DNA from: Gemmatimonas sp.
GTDB taxonomy: Bacteria; Gemmatimonadota; Gemmatimonadetes; Gemmatimonadales; Gemmatimonadaceae
Direction: 5' to 3'
NCBI GenBank assembly: GCA_965279375.1
Contig: OZ257156.1
Location: 4,288,001-4,352,000, forward strand
DNA: 64,000 bases
Shown here: one piece after another, positions 28,386 through 40,409 of the stretch
How the letters are laid out: the number at the start of each line of letters is the position of its first letter
Numbering within the stretch: the stretch's first letter is position 1
Notes under the pieces: model-generated
What the model was told of the DNA's origin: nothing
The model's database searches: none
Seen by the model: only the letters and a program-made list of their open reading frames with translations
Translations under genes and position numbers: made by a program

Positions 28386-31300
28386 GGAGACGAAGCTCGA
28401 CACCCTGTTCTACGACCTCGAACTGCATACGAAGCAGTTCGATACGCGGATGGCGTCGGTGAAGAAGACGCTGCGCGATCTGACCAAGGATGGCTCGGTC
28501 GGGATCACGCTCGGCGCCGAGACCAAGCAGGCCGAATCGGCGTTGAAGTCGGCCGCGAAGGCGACCAAGGCGGTCGCCGCCGAAGCCGACGACCTGGGTA
28601 AGGGCTTCAGTACCTCGGGCGCCATCATCGATGGCGTCTCCAAGCGCATCGGCGTGTCGCTGACCAATCCCCTCGCCGCGACGGCCGCGCTGACGACGGC
28701 GCTGGTGGGCATCACGATCGCGGCGACGAAGATGGCCGCCGACGTCGACGTCTCGTTCCGACAGCTCGACGCCGCGCTGCCGAATGCCAACACGAACCTC
28801 GGCGTGCTGCGCACCGAGATCGCAGACCTCTCGACGGTCACCCCGCGCACCCAGAAAGAGCTCGCTGGCCTCGCAGCGTCGCTCGCGAAAGTCGGCGAGT
28901 CCGATCCTGCGGAGATCGCGCGCGACCTCCGTACCATCACGCTCGCCGCGGACGCACTCGGCCTCGCGGACGCGAGTGGGCTGGTCGATACGCTGGATCT
29001 GTTGGCCGACGGGTTCGACCTGACGTCCGAAGGCGCGCGCCAGGCGCTCGTTCAGATCGTCGCGATCACCAAGGGTAAGATCGGGATCGACGAGCTGACC
29101 GGCACGCTCGACAAGGCGGGCACGAAACTGAATGCGCTCGGCATCACCGCGGTCGATGCGGCGCGGGGCGTGACCGCGCTCCTGGATGCGGGTGTGAACC
29201 GTCGCCAAGTCACGACGGGCCTGGTCGCGATCATCGACGAGGCCACGACCGCGACCGCGCGCGCGCTCGCCGCGTCCGATTCGAATCGCGAAGGCGACGC
29301 GCAGGCGCTGCGGATCTTCGCCGACACGGTCAACCAGACCACGATCGCGACGAATGGTCTGCTGCCGACGCTGGCGACCCTGTACGATCGCCTGGACGGG
29401 AGCAAGGAGAAGTTCCAGCAGGCCGGTCTCGGGCTGAACGAGTATCAGATCGCCCAGAAGGCCGCAGCGGCCGCGACGGAAGATGCCGCGAAGCCGATTG
29501 AGACCTACGAACAGAACGTCGCCCGCCTGACCGAATCGGCGGACCTCAATCGGCAATCGGCGGAGTCGCTGTCGACCTTGCTCAAGAACGAGCTGGGTGC
29601 CGTGCTGATCGATCTCGGCAACAATATCCTGCCGCCCGTGTTGGCCGGGCTGACCGCACTCGCCGACCTGTTCTCGAGTGCGCGGCGGGCTGCACGCGAC
29701 GCGGCCGAAGAGACGGCGCGCGCGAATCAGCTGTTTCGCGAAGGGCGCGATGGGTTCGGTGCGAAAGCCGGTATTGGCGTCGCCAATACGCTCGCGAAGC
29801 GTCCCGCCATCGTCGAGACGGCGTCGCTCGACCAACTGCGTAATTTCCAGGCCGCGCTGCGCAGCACGCAGTTCAGCGGCAATGGTGGGGGTGAAGTCGA
29901 CAAGCAGCTCGCGGCCGTCGAAGCGCAGATCACCAAGCTCGCGCCGGCGCTCGGGGTCATCACTGCGACCCTGCCGAAGACCACGACGGGCTTCACCAAC
30001 ACCGGGACCGCCGCCGCGTCGGCCGCCGAGAAGTTCACCACGCTGCTGACCGCAGCGAGCGCCTACGCGACGTCCCTGCGTGAGGCCGACAACCCCATCG
30101 CGGCCGCGATCGCGAAGCAGAAGGAACTTGTCGACGCGCTGACCAAGACGCGCGATAGCCTGAAGGGCGCGGCGCGCGCCAAGGCCGATGGACAGTTGAA
30201 CGCCGCCATCGCAGAGCTCAACGCCGGCATCGATGTGCTGCGCGCGCAGAAGGGCGACGAGCTCGTGCAGCGCATCAACACCGCGATCACGACGCTGTCG
30301 GGCAACGCGGTCGACACGCTCCGGATCCAGTTCGAGCAGCTCGAGCGTGAGACGCTCAAGAACGCGGACGCCGCAGAGAAGCTCGGCACCGCCGAAGGCG
30401 CTGCCGCTGCCACTCGCGCGCGCAACTCGATTCCGGCCATCCGGAAGCAGGCCGAGGCGCTGATCGATCTCACGCAGAAGCAGGAAGCGTTCGAGAAGAT
30501 CACCAAGGTCGGCGACTCGCTCGGACAGCAGTCCGGCATCGCGGGCATCACGCTGCGCGTCTTTGCCGTGACGAAGCTGCGGGAGCAGGAGACCGCACTG
30601 CGCGCCACGATGGAGGACACGACGCAGTCCGTCACGGTGCGCGAGAAGGCGGAGCGCCAGCTCACCGCCGTGGTCGCGGAGCGACAGAAGCTCGAGGGCA
30701 AGACGCAGCCCGTGGCATCAACGGCCGACGCCGTGATGAAACTCGGCGTGGGAATGCGCGCCGCGGCACAGGATGCGCTCGTTTTCGTCCAGGCGCTCGG
30801 CAAGGGCGGCACGGCCCTCGCGCAGATCATCAGCGGCGTCGGCACCATCGGGAGCGGCCTGCAGTCGGCCGGCGCCGCCGCGAAAGCCGCTGGTGGCTTC
30901 GACAAGGCCCTCGGTAGCGCGAGCGGGATCGCGTCCCTGATCCCGGGCATCGGCTCGATTGTGGCCGGCACCATCGCGGCCGTGCAGGGCTTAGGCATCG
31001 GCAAGGGCAAGAGCACTGAAGAACAGCGCACGCAGCAGATCGCCGAGGAGAACACCGCGGCGGTGCAGGCGCTGACGAAGAACATCGGCGAACTCACGGC
31101 CACGACGCTCGCGGTCTCAAAGCTGAACCGCGTGCAAGGCGCGCTTGGTAAGCTCGAAGGCGCATTCCAGACGGGATCGAAGGACCTCCGGATCGGCAAC
31201 CTGCCAGACGACGCGAAGCTCAACGTGACCGCGTTCCTGTCGAAGCTGGGCCTGTCGATGAAGGACCTCGAGGATGTCGCGAAGCCGCTGGGCATTCAGC

Positions 31301-33438
31301 TCGACGGCACGGTCGGCTCGTTCCGCAGCCTATCTGTCGCGATCGCCAACCTGCCATTCCGCCTTCTCGGCACTGGCTTCGACGACATCACGAAGCGGCT
31401 CGATCTGCTGTCGCTGATCACCGGCAAGGCCAACGATCCACTCGATCAGTTGGCAAACAAGTTCCGGGCGTTGGTGCCGCTCGCCCCGAAGCTCGCCGAG
31501 CTGTTCAACATCGACGAGCTGGACACGAAGGAAGGTCGGGATCGCCTTCGTGCGCAGGTCGCCAAGCTCCTCAAGGACGGACTGAACCTCGACCCGAACT
31601 CTCCAGAGGCGAAAGAGTTTCAGCAGCTCCTCGGCAATTTGTCGCCGCAGGAGTTTCTCGCGTTGTTCGGCGACATTCTGAAGGGCTTTGACGGCTTTGT
31701 TGAGGCCGCGGACGGAAGTGCAGACAAGCTCCGCGAGTTCAACGACCTCGCGCGTGCGCTGGGCGTCACGGGCCTCGCGTATGTGAACGGGTTGGTATCG
31801 GCCTACGCCAACACGATCAAGGAGGTGGCTGGTCTCACCGATGGCCTCGACGTCACGACGGCAGAAGGGCTCGCGGCGCTGAAGCAGCGCGTCGCAGACA
31901 TCATCACCACACTGTCCGACAACGGCATCACGGACGCTGAGCAGAAGATCGTCGATGCACTGTTCAGCATCGTCGACGCAGCCGAAAGCGCGGCAACCGG
32001 CATCGACAGCGCGGCGGCGCGCATTGCGGCGGTCGCGAAGGACATCGCCAAAGCGTTCGCCGACCTCGATAGCACCAACACGATTCTCGGAGGCGATGCG
32101 AAGACGCGGTTCCGCCGCAGTGCGGATGCGACGGTCAACTCGCAGGGCATCACCCCGGAGCTTGAGGCGATCCTCAGCAACATCGACATCAACACCGCCG
32201 CAGGCATCGCGGCGGGTCGGAAGAAATTGCAGGACCTGTACGCAGATCTCGCGAAAGATGGGATCAGTGAGAGCGAGCAGATCGTCGTCGACTTCATCAA
32301 AAATCTGTTGGGCGACCTCGACGCAGTGGCCGAGGAGGGCACCACGTCGCTCGCACAGAAGCGCGCCAACCGGATCAGCGGCGCCGGGCGTGACGTTGCC
32401 GTCAACGACCTTGAGGGGCTCGACGCCTTCAAAGTCATCCTCGACGGCTATGGCGAGACGTTCAGCACGCTGTTCAGCACCTTCGATCTCTCGACGCTGA
32501 ACGGTGTGAAGGGTGCAAAGAAGTCCCTCAGTGACTTCTTCGCGCAAATCCGCGACATGAGTGACGCGGACGTTTACGCGCAGTTCGGGGTCTCGAAGGA
32601 CGAGTTGCTCGCCGGTATCGACGCGATGGACAACGGCCTCGATGGACTGAGCGGCTCTCTGCAGAACACGGCGGCGGCGACCGCTGCGGCCACCAAGGCC
32701 AGCGACGACTTCCTCTACGACCTCAACCAGACGTGGCTGGAAGCGACTGGTCAGGGCCTCCAGGCGCAGCTGAACGTCATCGCGACGTGGGTCGACAACA
32801 TGATCGCCGAGGCCGAGCGCCTCGGGATCGCGACCGATGCAATCAAGGCACAGATCCGGGCGATCGGCGCCTCGCGCGTCGCGACGGCGACGGCGAATGC
32901 GGCGCAGCAGAGCGGTCAAGCGAGTGCCGCACAGGCCGAGGCACAGCGGCAAGAGCAGATCGCGTATGAGCGCGGCCTCTTCGAAGGCCAAGGCACGAAG
33001 TCGGGCGCGCTCGACACGTTCGTCAAGGCCGTCGAGGGCGCGGTGCTCAACCCGACGCAGAACTTCGTCGCGTCCGACATCACGGCCGCGACGGGCACGC
33101 AGGTACTCCGCATGACGGATTACCTGGCGCAGCTGCTCCAGGAGAACCAGACGCTCGTCGCGCTGTCCCGTCGCCTGGTGGAGCTGATCAGCAGTGCGAT
33201 TGGCGGACCACTCCCTGCCCTGCGGGTGCCGTCGTTCACGCCGCTGAGTGCGGTCTCGGGCCCATCTGCCGCGCCGCCCATCACGCTCGTGTTCAACCTG
33301 CATGGGCCGCTGACCGGGCTGACTCCACAGGAGGCGATGCGCCAACTCGCCGAAGCCGCCGCGCCCTACATCAGCGCCATCATCGCGCGTGACGCCGGCA
33401 CGCAGGCGCGCAATGCTGGCTCCCCGACGCTGAACTAG
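28378..33438 (+). CDS. Tail tape measure protein (1686 aa)
   Basis: Very long Ala-rich helical protein in canonical position. Confidence 0.92.
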   Translation: MAEETKLDTLFYDLELHTKQFDTRMASVKKTLRDLTKDGSVGITLGAETKQAESALKSAAKATKAVAAEADDLGKGFSTSGAIIDGVSKRIGVSLTNPLAATAALTTALVGITIAATKMAADVDVSFRQLDAALPNANTNLGVLRTEIADLSTVTPRTQKELAGLAASLAKVGESDPAEIARDLRTITLAADALGLADASGLVDTLDLLADGFDLTSEGARQALVQIVAITKGKIGIDELTGTLDKAGTKLNALGITAVDAARGVTALLDAGVNRRQVTTGLVAIIDEATTATARALAASDSNREGDAQALRIFADTVNQTTIATNGLLPTLATLYDRLDGSKEKFQQAGLGLNEYQIAQKAAAAATEDAAKPIETYEQNVARLTESADLNRQSAESLSTLLKNELGAVLIDLGNNILPPVLAGLTALADLFSSARRAARDAAEETARANQLFREGRDGFGAKAGIGVANTLAKRPAIVETASLDQLRNFQAALRSTQFSGNGGGEVDKQLAAVEAQITKLAPALGVITATLPKTTTGFTNTGTAAASAAEKFTTLLTAASAYATSLREADNPIAAAIAKQKELVDALTKTRDSLKGAARAKADGQLNAAIAELNAGIDVLRAQKGDELVQRINTAITTLSGNAVDTLRIQFEQLERETLKNADAAEKLGTAEGAAAATRARNSIPAIRKQAEALIDLTQKQEAFEKITKVGDSLGQQSGIAGITLRVFAVTKLREQETALRATMEDTTQSVTVREKAERQLTAVVAERQKLEGKTQPVASTADAVMKLGVGMRAAAQDALVFVQALGKGGTALAQIISGVGTIGSGLQSAGAAAKAAGGFDKALGSASGIASLIPGIGSIVAGTIAAVQGLGIGKGKSTEEQRTQQIAEENTAAVQALTKNIGELTATTLAVSKLNRVQGALGKLEGAFQTGSKDLRIGNLPDDAKLNVTAFLSKLGLSMKDLEDVAKPLGIQLDGTVGSFRSLSVAIANLPFRLLGTGFDDITKRLDLLSLITGKANDPLDQLANKFRALVPLAPKLAELFNIDELDTKEGRDRLRAQVAKLLKDGLNLDPNSPEAKEFQQLLGNLSPQEFLALFGDILKGFDGFVEAADGSADKLREFNDLARALGVTGLAYVNGLVSAYANTIKEVAGLTDGLDVTTAEGLAALKQRVADIITTLSDNGITDAEQKIVDALFSIVDAAESAATGIDSAAARIAAVAKDIAKAFADLDSTNTILGGDAKTRFRRSADATVNSQGITPELEAILSNIDINTAAGIAAGRKKLQDLYADLAKDGISESEQIVVDFIKNLLGDLDAVAEEGTTSLAQKRANRISGAGRDVAVNDLEGLDAFKVILDGYGETFSTLFSTFDLSTLNGVKGAKKSLSDFFAQIRDMSDADVYAQFGVSKDELLAGIDAMDNGLDGLSGSLQNTAAATAAATKASDDFLYDLNQTWLEATGQGLQAQLNVIATWVDNMIAEAERLGIATDAIKAQIRAIGASRVATATANAAQQSGQASAAQAEAQRQEQIAYERGLFEGQGTKSGALDTFVKAVEGAVLNPTQNFVASDITAATGTQVLRMTDYLAQLLQENQTLVALSRRLVELISSAIGGPLPALRVPSFTPLSAVSGPSAAPPITLVFNLHGPLTGLTPQEAMRQLAEAAAPYISAIIARDAGTQARNAGSPTLN

Positions 33439-33440
33439 CC

Positions 33441-36400
33441 ATGGCCTTCACGCTCGAACGCACGACGGGCTTCAACGGCCGCGCCCTGGGGAAGCTCGCG
33501 GTGTTCGCCATCGCGGTGACGCGCTCGATCGACGGTAACGATGTCCTCGAGGCAACGGTCGGCTTCCCGGCGGGCAGCACGTTGCAGAATCGCAGCACGC
33601 TGCGGCTCACCGATGATGACACCGGTGATGTGTCCGAATGGCGTATCAATCACTTCGAGACTGATGCGGCCGAGGGAATGCCACGGGCGCGCCTGACGGG
33701 TGCGAGCCCCCTCAGCGACTTCGCCACGATGGGGGTGATCTCCCAGACGCAGAACGGGCAGCGCATCACATCGTTCGGCGGCGTCAAGACGATCGCGCAG
33801 TGGCTGACCGACTCCATCCTCACAAGCCTGCCGGCGGACATCGCGCCGTGGCTCGATACCACGCTGGGCACGATCAGCTCGACGGCGCTCTACACGCTGT
33901 CGTTCACCAGCTGGACGCCGCTCGAGCTGATGCGCAGCCTGGAGACCGCGAGCAACGGCGAACTGGTGCTCGAGCGCCAGAGCGGCACGGGCAAGTACCG
34001 CATCGGCCTCCCCGCGCAACGCGGTAGCACGACGCCGGACGTTGTGATCTCGCAGGGCAAGAACCTGCTCCAGTACGCGAGCGAGTCCGACGATGCGGAC
34101 GTGGTCTCGGTGATCGAGCCCTTTGGCTCGGTGGCGAATGGCGACTACGGCCCGTGGAGCATCGGCGAGAACGCCTGGCAGGTCACCGCGATCGATGCGT
34201 CGCTCTGGGTCACGCTGCGGGACAGCACCGGGGCGCAGACCCCGGTCGCCTTCGACGACCAGTACAACAACCACGGGCTCGTGTGGGAGTACGCCGGCAC
34301 GCTGCAGCGGGCGTCGATCGTGGACTCGCGCGCCGTCGATGGGGCGGTGAAGCTCAGTGCCGCGTTGGGGCTCGGCGCCGGCATGGTCGTGAGCATCACG
34401 AAGAGCACGCTCGGCGAACCGCTCGGCGAAGTCTCGAACCCCGCGCTGACCGCGACCGATACCGGACGGCGCATTGAGCCCATCACGGTCGAGGGCGGCC
34501 GCGGTGAGCGAAACTACATGCCGAACGCGCAGCTGCAGAACGGCGCGACGGGATGGTCTGTCGGCGACGCAGGCGCGGTCATTCCGCGCATTAAGCTCAA
34601 CGTCACACGCACCCTGCAGGCGAATGGCGCGCGGAGTGCGGGCTCGAGCGCCGCCCTGCCGATTCGCGGGCTGACGGCGAACGAGTGGGTGTACGAGGGC
34701 GACCAGCTCGTGGTCGCCGGTGCCAACATGGCCATCACGGCCGATGCGGTGCCGACGACCGCCGGTGGCCTCACCCTGACGGTGGCGCCAGGCCTGCCGG
34801 GCGCGATGGCGGACAACGACCCGCTCACGCTGCAGCGCACGCGCGTGCGCAACCTCCTCACCGATGGCGTGCAGTCGATCCTTGGGCCGCTGCGCGTACG
34901 TGCGACGGATGCGGACCAGCTCAGTGACTACTTCCTGATCCCGGCCATCACGACGAAGCTCGTCGTCAACGGCTACGACGCCGGCACATCGCCGATCGGG
35001 ACGCTGCGAGCCACGCAGTTCGAGACGGCGGGTAAGCTGCGGCTGTGGAACGCGGACTACGCGCGGTTCTTCTACAACAGCCTTCCGGCCGGGTCGATCT
35101 ACGACGCGAACATCTACGCGTACTCGCCGCTTTGGAACAGCGGGACGTCGAAGCTGACCGTGACGGTGGATCCAAGCTACACGTACATGATCGGCAGCAT
35201 GACGATCGGGACCACGACGCTCGTTCCCAATGTCGCGGGCAACATCGTCGATGCCGCCGGCAATCGCCGCACGTTCGTGAACTTCCCGTTCGTGCTCGAT
35301 GCGATCGCCGGCGCCGTGCTGACGATGGTCCCGGATCCGCGAATGCTGGGCAGCGGCGAAACGTTTGAGTACGTCGCCACGATGGGCAGCTCGTCGATGC
35401 CGTGGAGCAATACGACGTGGGCAGATGGCACGACGGTGACGCTCACTGAGACGCTTGAGACCCGGACGCTGCGGCTCAATGGCGCGCACATCAGCGGCGC
35501 CACTTCGCTCGCCTTCAAGAACGTCGCCGAACTCGCACGCCGCGACATCCTGACCACCGACGCGGTCTACATCAAGCGGCGGATCTCGGGCACCGTCCGC
35601 GTCACCGCAGTCTCGCGCACGCAGATCGTCGGCGATGATGGCGCAGGCGGCTCCTATACGTACTGGAAGAACGACTTAAGTGTCGATCTGGCGACCAGTA
35701 CGCTCGACAACCTGGCGTCGGCCGACTACACCTCGCAGCCGGTCACCATCGGCGGCATCAACGTGACGTTGCCGGTGCTTGCGGCGACGACCACGCTCTA
35801 CTCGCCGGCGGAGTTTGGCCTCAACGACACGTTCCCGATGACCTACACGGTCACGATGGACGTGATCGACAGCTACACGCCGAGCACAAATGCGTCGTGG
35901 AACAGCGCGGCGCGTGCGACCGTGTCGATCACGATCCCGAGCGGGCGGTCGTACCCGCAGGGCACGAAGGTGTCGACGAACTTCGCCGGGACCTTCACGC
36001 TGATCAACGGCGGCATGGCGTTTGGCGAGTCGCTGATGCGGCTCACCGCGGGGGTCACCGGTCCTGCCTCAAGCATCACGATCGAGACGCGCGACGCAAA
36101 GCTCGGGAAGAATCAGTACGGGGTGAACTACTACAGCCCGCTCGCGGTCGGCTACGAAGACGGCGCGTGTTACCGCATCAAGGCGAGCGCCGGCAGTGTC
36201 ATCCCGATCGCCGGTGATGTGCTCTTCGCGTCGGTGAACTACCAGGTGAACGCGTCGGGCGTGGGCAACATCCCGATCAAGGCCGCCAACACGGTGGCGT
36301 TCGGTGATGGGACCACGATCACGATCACGCGCCCCAGCCTCATTCCCGCGGACGAGCCGAGCACGGGCAATATCGTGCGTATGTTGGGCGCCACGTGGGC

Positions 36401-38906
36401 GGGCGCTGGGCAGCTTGAGACGAAGCTCCCGGTCACCTACATCGACGTGCAGAGCCCGGCGGGCATTCAGATCACCGCGTCGGTGTGGTTCGTGCTCAAC
36501 TTGCCTGTCACGGGTGTGCCGCTGACCACGCCGTTGACGATCAAGCTCGTGCAGTAAGGGCTCACCGATACCGTGCTGGTGACGGCCTCCGTCGCCGAGG
36601 TCTACGGGACTGGCGGGCCGCAGGTCGTCCGAATCACGACGTCAGCCGTCGCGATGGTGTCAGGTCTGTATCGCATCGACTGCGTGGGCGTGCCGGGCAC
36701 CGCCTATCAGAGCAATCAGTACTTCGCCGTCCTCAAGGGCATGATCCACAAGGGCGATGACGCGGAAACGCCGTTCGTCGATCTGTCCCATGCGAATGCG
36801 CTCCTGCTGACGGCAAACATTCGCCTCCTCGCGGGCTCGCGCGAGCGGCGCGCCATCACCGCCACGGTCGCGCAGCTGCAGTCGGCGATCGGGTTCACGC
36901 CCTCGCGTGCCGGCCTCGAACCCGGCGTGACGTATGTGCTCGACGACGTCGGCGAACGCCTGCGCTTGGTCGCGTCGATCCGCGACTATCTGAACACCTC
37001 GCGCACCGTCATCAAGCTCGAGAACCAGAGTCGCAATCTCGCACGCCTCCTCGGCGCTGGCGGCATCTCCACGCTGGGTGGATCAGGCGCCGTCACCTCA
37101 GTAGTGGCGAGCAGCAGCGGCAGCAGTGGCACGTCCGCCTCCGCGCCGTTCGATCGCTGGAGCTTCACGAACCCTGAGTGGGGCATGGTGCTCGACGGCG
37201 TCACCGACGACAGTGCCGGCATTCTTCGGATGATGGACGCCGCAAAGACGGTCGCGCGCACGCGCGGCTGGCGCCAGTACTTCCGTCAGGCGCTAGACGT
37301 CGATTGCCTGGTGACCGACTACACGCCGAACGTGAACGCCGGCGTGCTCTATGGCTGTGTGTATCCCGTCGATGGCGTCACGATCACGCCCGGAATGCGG
37401 ATCGCCGTGAAGAACGGCACGCCCAACGATGCGCTCTTCGCTGGCATCTGGATCGCGTCGACTACCGCGTGGACGCGCGCGACGGACCTCGACTCGTGGA
37501 CCGATCTCACCGGCGGCGGCGTCTACTCCAGCACGATCATCCGAGTGGTGAACGGCACGCTGTGGGAAGACTCCGAGCACATGGTCGGCTACAACACGCT
37601 GGGGACTGGCAGCTACACCGGCACGCCGTCCTGGTATCTGAGTCTGATCAACCCGATCGGCGATGACGTGCGGCTGACGCTGCCGGCGGGCTATGAGTGC
37701 CGCCACACGCAGCGCTTCACCGTGCCGTTCGGCTGCGCGCTCGACGCCCAGGGCAAGATCATCAGTCACATGAGCACGCGCGCCGAGTTTGCGATCAAGG
37801 CGCTGCAGCATGGACGCATCATCCGCCTGAACCAATACGTCGACAACGGCAGCGGCGTGCAGCTCGTCTCGCGTGCAGGCGTCAACCACGGCGACATCAT
37901 TACGCAGAACCGACTCGCGACGTCGTCCGTCGATTGCTGGGGCCTGAACATCAAGGGATTCGCCCACACCATTCGATCGATCTCGGTGGGCTTGTTCGGC
38001 GGCAACGTGCTCGACGAGTCTGCCGATCTCCAGGTCGGCACCGCGTACATCGTGTACGGCATTCGGCAGCTCGAACTCCTCAGCACGCACAACAACCTTT
38101 GGTCGAATGTGACCATCGACAACACCGCGGCGGGCGGCGTCGGCATCCGACTGAATACCTGCCAGAACACGCGCATCTACGGAAATGTGTTCAACCTCGA
38201 TGGTACGATGGGCGCGAACACCAACTTCTCGACGCCGCTGCTGGTCGGCGACGCGAGCTATGCCTCGGATGGGAACGAGTGCTTCGGCGTGACGCTGGAC
38301 CTCAACGTCTACAATACCGGCGGCATCGTCTGCGACATCGGCAACATGCGCGAGTCGCTCATCCGACTGAACACGGCGCGCGACTACTTCACCTACGGGT
38401 CGAAAGACTACGTCATCGAGCAGATCGTGAAGTGGCAGGATCGCGCGCGCGATTCCGTGGTCATCGAAGCGAACGTCGCAGCCAGCATCCCGACGATTGC
38501 AAGCTTTGCGGCCGGTGTCACGGCGGGCGGTGTGGTCACGTACAACCAGAGCGGTCTCCTCAAGCGCGTGCAGAGCAATGGCACGACGTTCACGGTCGGC
38601 GCAGGCGGCGGCGGTAGCTCGCGCACGACTGGTACGGTGACAGTCGATTTCGGCGCCGCCCCCGGCTCGAGTGCGCAGAAGGTCGTCGTCACCGGCCAGA
38701 CTGGGATAGCGCTCGGCTCGGTGGTTGAAGTGTTCTTCGTCGGCGCCGCGACCGCCGACCATTCGGCCTATGAGCACGAAACCATTCTGCCACTCCACAC
38801 CGTGGCCGTTGCTGGCGACATCATCGCCGGGACGGGCTTCACCATCTACGTCACGTCGAGCCTGCGGCTCTCGGGCCTCGTATCGCTCGCGTGGGCGTGG
38901 CAGTAA
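33441..38906 (+). pseudogene. Large tail-tip/tailspike protein (~1820 codons) interrupted by in-frame TAA at 36555-36557
   Basis: ORFs 33441-36557 and 36573-38906 share a frame; N-terminal Tal-like (GKNL...VVSVIEPFG); C-terminal DGVTDDS beta-helix start and GIW...WTRATD fibre motif. Confidence 0.7.
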
Positions 38907-38924
38907 CCAACACAGGAGAGAACG

Positions 38925-40397
38925 ATGGCCGGAATCCGCATCGAAGGAGACGCCTCGGGCAACGTCGCCGAGGTGACCTCTGCCAAGCAGCTCAAGATCG
39001 TCCCTGAGACCAACCCGTCTGGCAATCCCGGCAACGTCGGCGCGATGACGATGCACTCGCTCAACGACAACGGGCAGGTCAGCGGAACGCCGCGCGTCTC
39101 CTCGCCGGAAACGTCGAGCGACTATCGGCTGCGCGTCGGCATGGACCTCATGCTCGACACTGAGGTGTTCAACTACGCGGCGCAGAACACCAGCAAACAC
39201 AGCTACACTGCCGTCACAATGGCGAATGCGCTGTCTGGTGGCTTCCTGAACATCAACTCCGCAGGCATCACGACGCTCAACACGGCGACGCGGTTCTTCA
39301 CGCAGCGCATGTTCGTGCTGCCCGGCCAGCAGACCTCGCTCTACGCCGAGACGCTCGCGGCGCTGTCGGCGGCGCCGGCCACGAACACGACGATCGACTT
39401 CGGCCTGTTCATCTGCGGCGCTGGCGCACCGATGGCGCCGACCGATGGCGCATACTTCCGCATCACCAACGCGGGCGTCTACGGCGTCGTGAACTACAAC
39501 GGCACCGAAACTGGCTCGGCCATCTTCAGCTTCACGCCGGTCGTCAACCGCGTGTATCAGTTCCTAGTTACGGTCACGAACCGCAATGTCGAGTTCTGGA
39601 TCGACGATGTGCTGTACGGCGAAATCTCCACGCCGGTCGGGCAGTCGCAGCCCTTCCAGTCGCAGTCGCTCCCGTACGCGATCCGGCATTCGATTGGCGG
39701 CACGGCTGCCGGATCAGCGCTCTCGCTCAAGGTGGCCGCGTACTCCGTGGCGCTCGGCGACTCGTCGGCGTCCAAGGACTTCGAGACGGCACTCTGCAAG
39801 TCGGGCCAAGGCGCCGCACAGGGGCAGTCGGGCGGTACGATGGGCACGACGGCCAACTACGTGAATTCGGCGGACCCCGCGGCCGCGGCGGCGCTCTCCA
39901 ATACCACCGCACTGGTGACGGGGCTTGGTGGGCAGTACCGCTTCAACGCGGGGGTGACTGCGGTGACAGACGGCATCGTCACCAGCTTTCAGGTACCAGC
40001 GGGAACGGTCGCGGTACCGGGCCGCTCGCTCATCGTCACTGGCATCAATCTGTCGGCCGTCAACATGGGAGCGGCCGTGGCGACCACGGCATCGACGATT
40101 GCCTGGTCACTGGCATTCGGTCACACGGCAGTGTCGCTGGCCACCGCGGAGACGGGCTCGTTCGTCTCGGGTACAGCCAAAGCGCCACGCCGCGTGCCGC
40201 TCGGTTTCATGACATGGCCCGTCGGTGCAGGTGTCGGCCAAGGGCCGCAGAACGGCGACATCTACATTCCGTTTACGTCGCCCATCGTCGTGAACCCGGG
40301 CGAGTTCATCGCGTCTGTCGCGAAGTTCATCATGGGCACGGCGACGGCCTCGCAAGTGATCTGGGGCCACGTGACCATCGTCGGCTACTTCGAATAG
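38925..40397 (+). CDS. Putative virion/tail-associated beta-rich protein
   Basis: AGGAG RBS; Gly/Ala/Thr-rich; after tail spike. Confidence 0.65.
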   Translation: MAGIRIEGDASGNVAEVTSAKQLKIVPETNPSGNPGNVGAMTMHSLNDNGQVSGTPRVSSPETSSDYRLRVGMDLMLDTEVFNYAAQNTSKHSYTAVTMANALSGGFLNINSAGITTLNTATRFFTQRMFVLPGQQTSLYAETLAALSAAPATNTTIDFGLFICGAGAPMAPTDGAYFRITNAGVYGVVNYNGTETGSAIFSFTPVVNRVYQFLVTVTNRNVEFWIDDVLYGEISTPVGQSQPFQSQSLPYAIRHSIGGTAAGSALSLKVAAYSVALGDSSASKDFETALCKSGQGAAQGQSGGTMGTTANYVNSADPAAAAALSNTTALVTGLGGQYRFNAGVTAVTDGIVTSFQVPAGTVAVPGRSLIVTGINLSAVNMGAAVATTASTIAWSLAFGHTAVSLATAETGSFVSGTAKAPRRVPLGFMTWPVGAGVGQGPQNGDIYIPFTSPIVVNPGEFIASVAKFIMGTATASQVIWGHVTIVGYFE

Positions 40398-40409
40398 GCG
40401 GATCGACCC

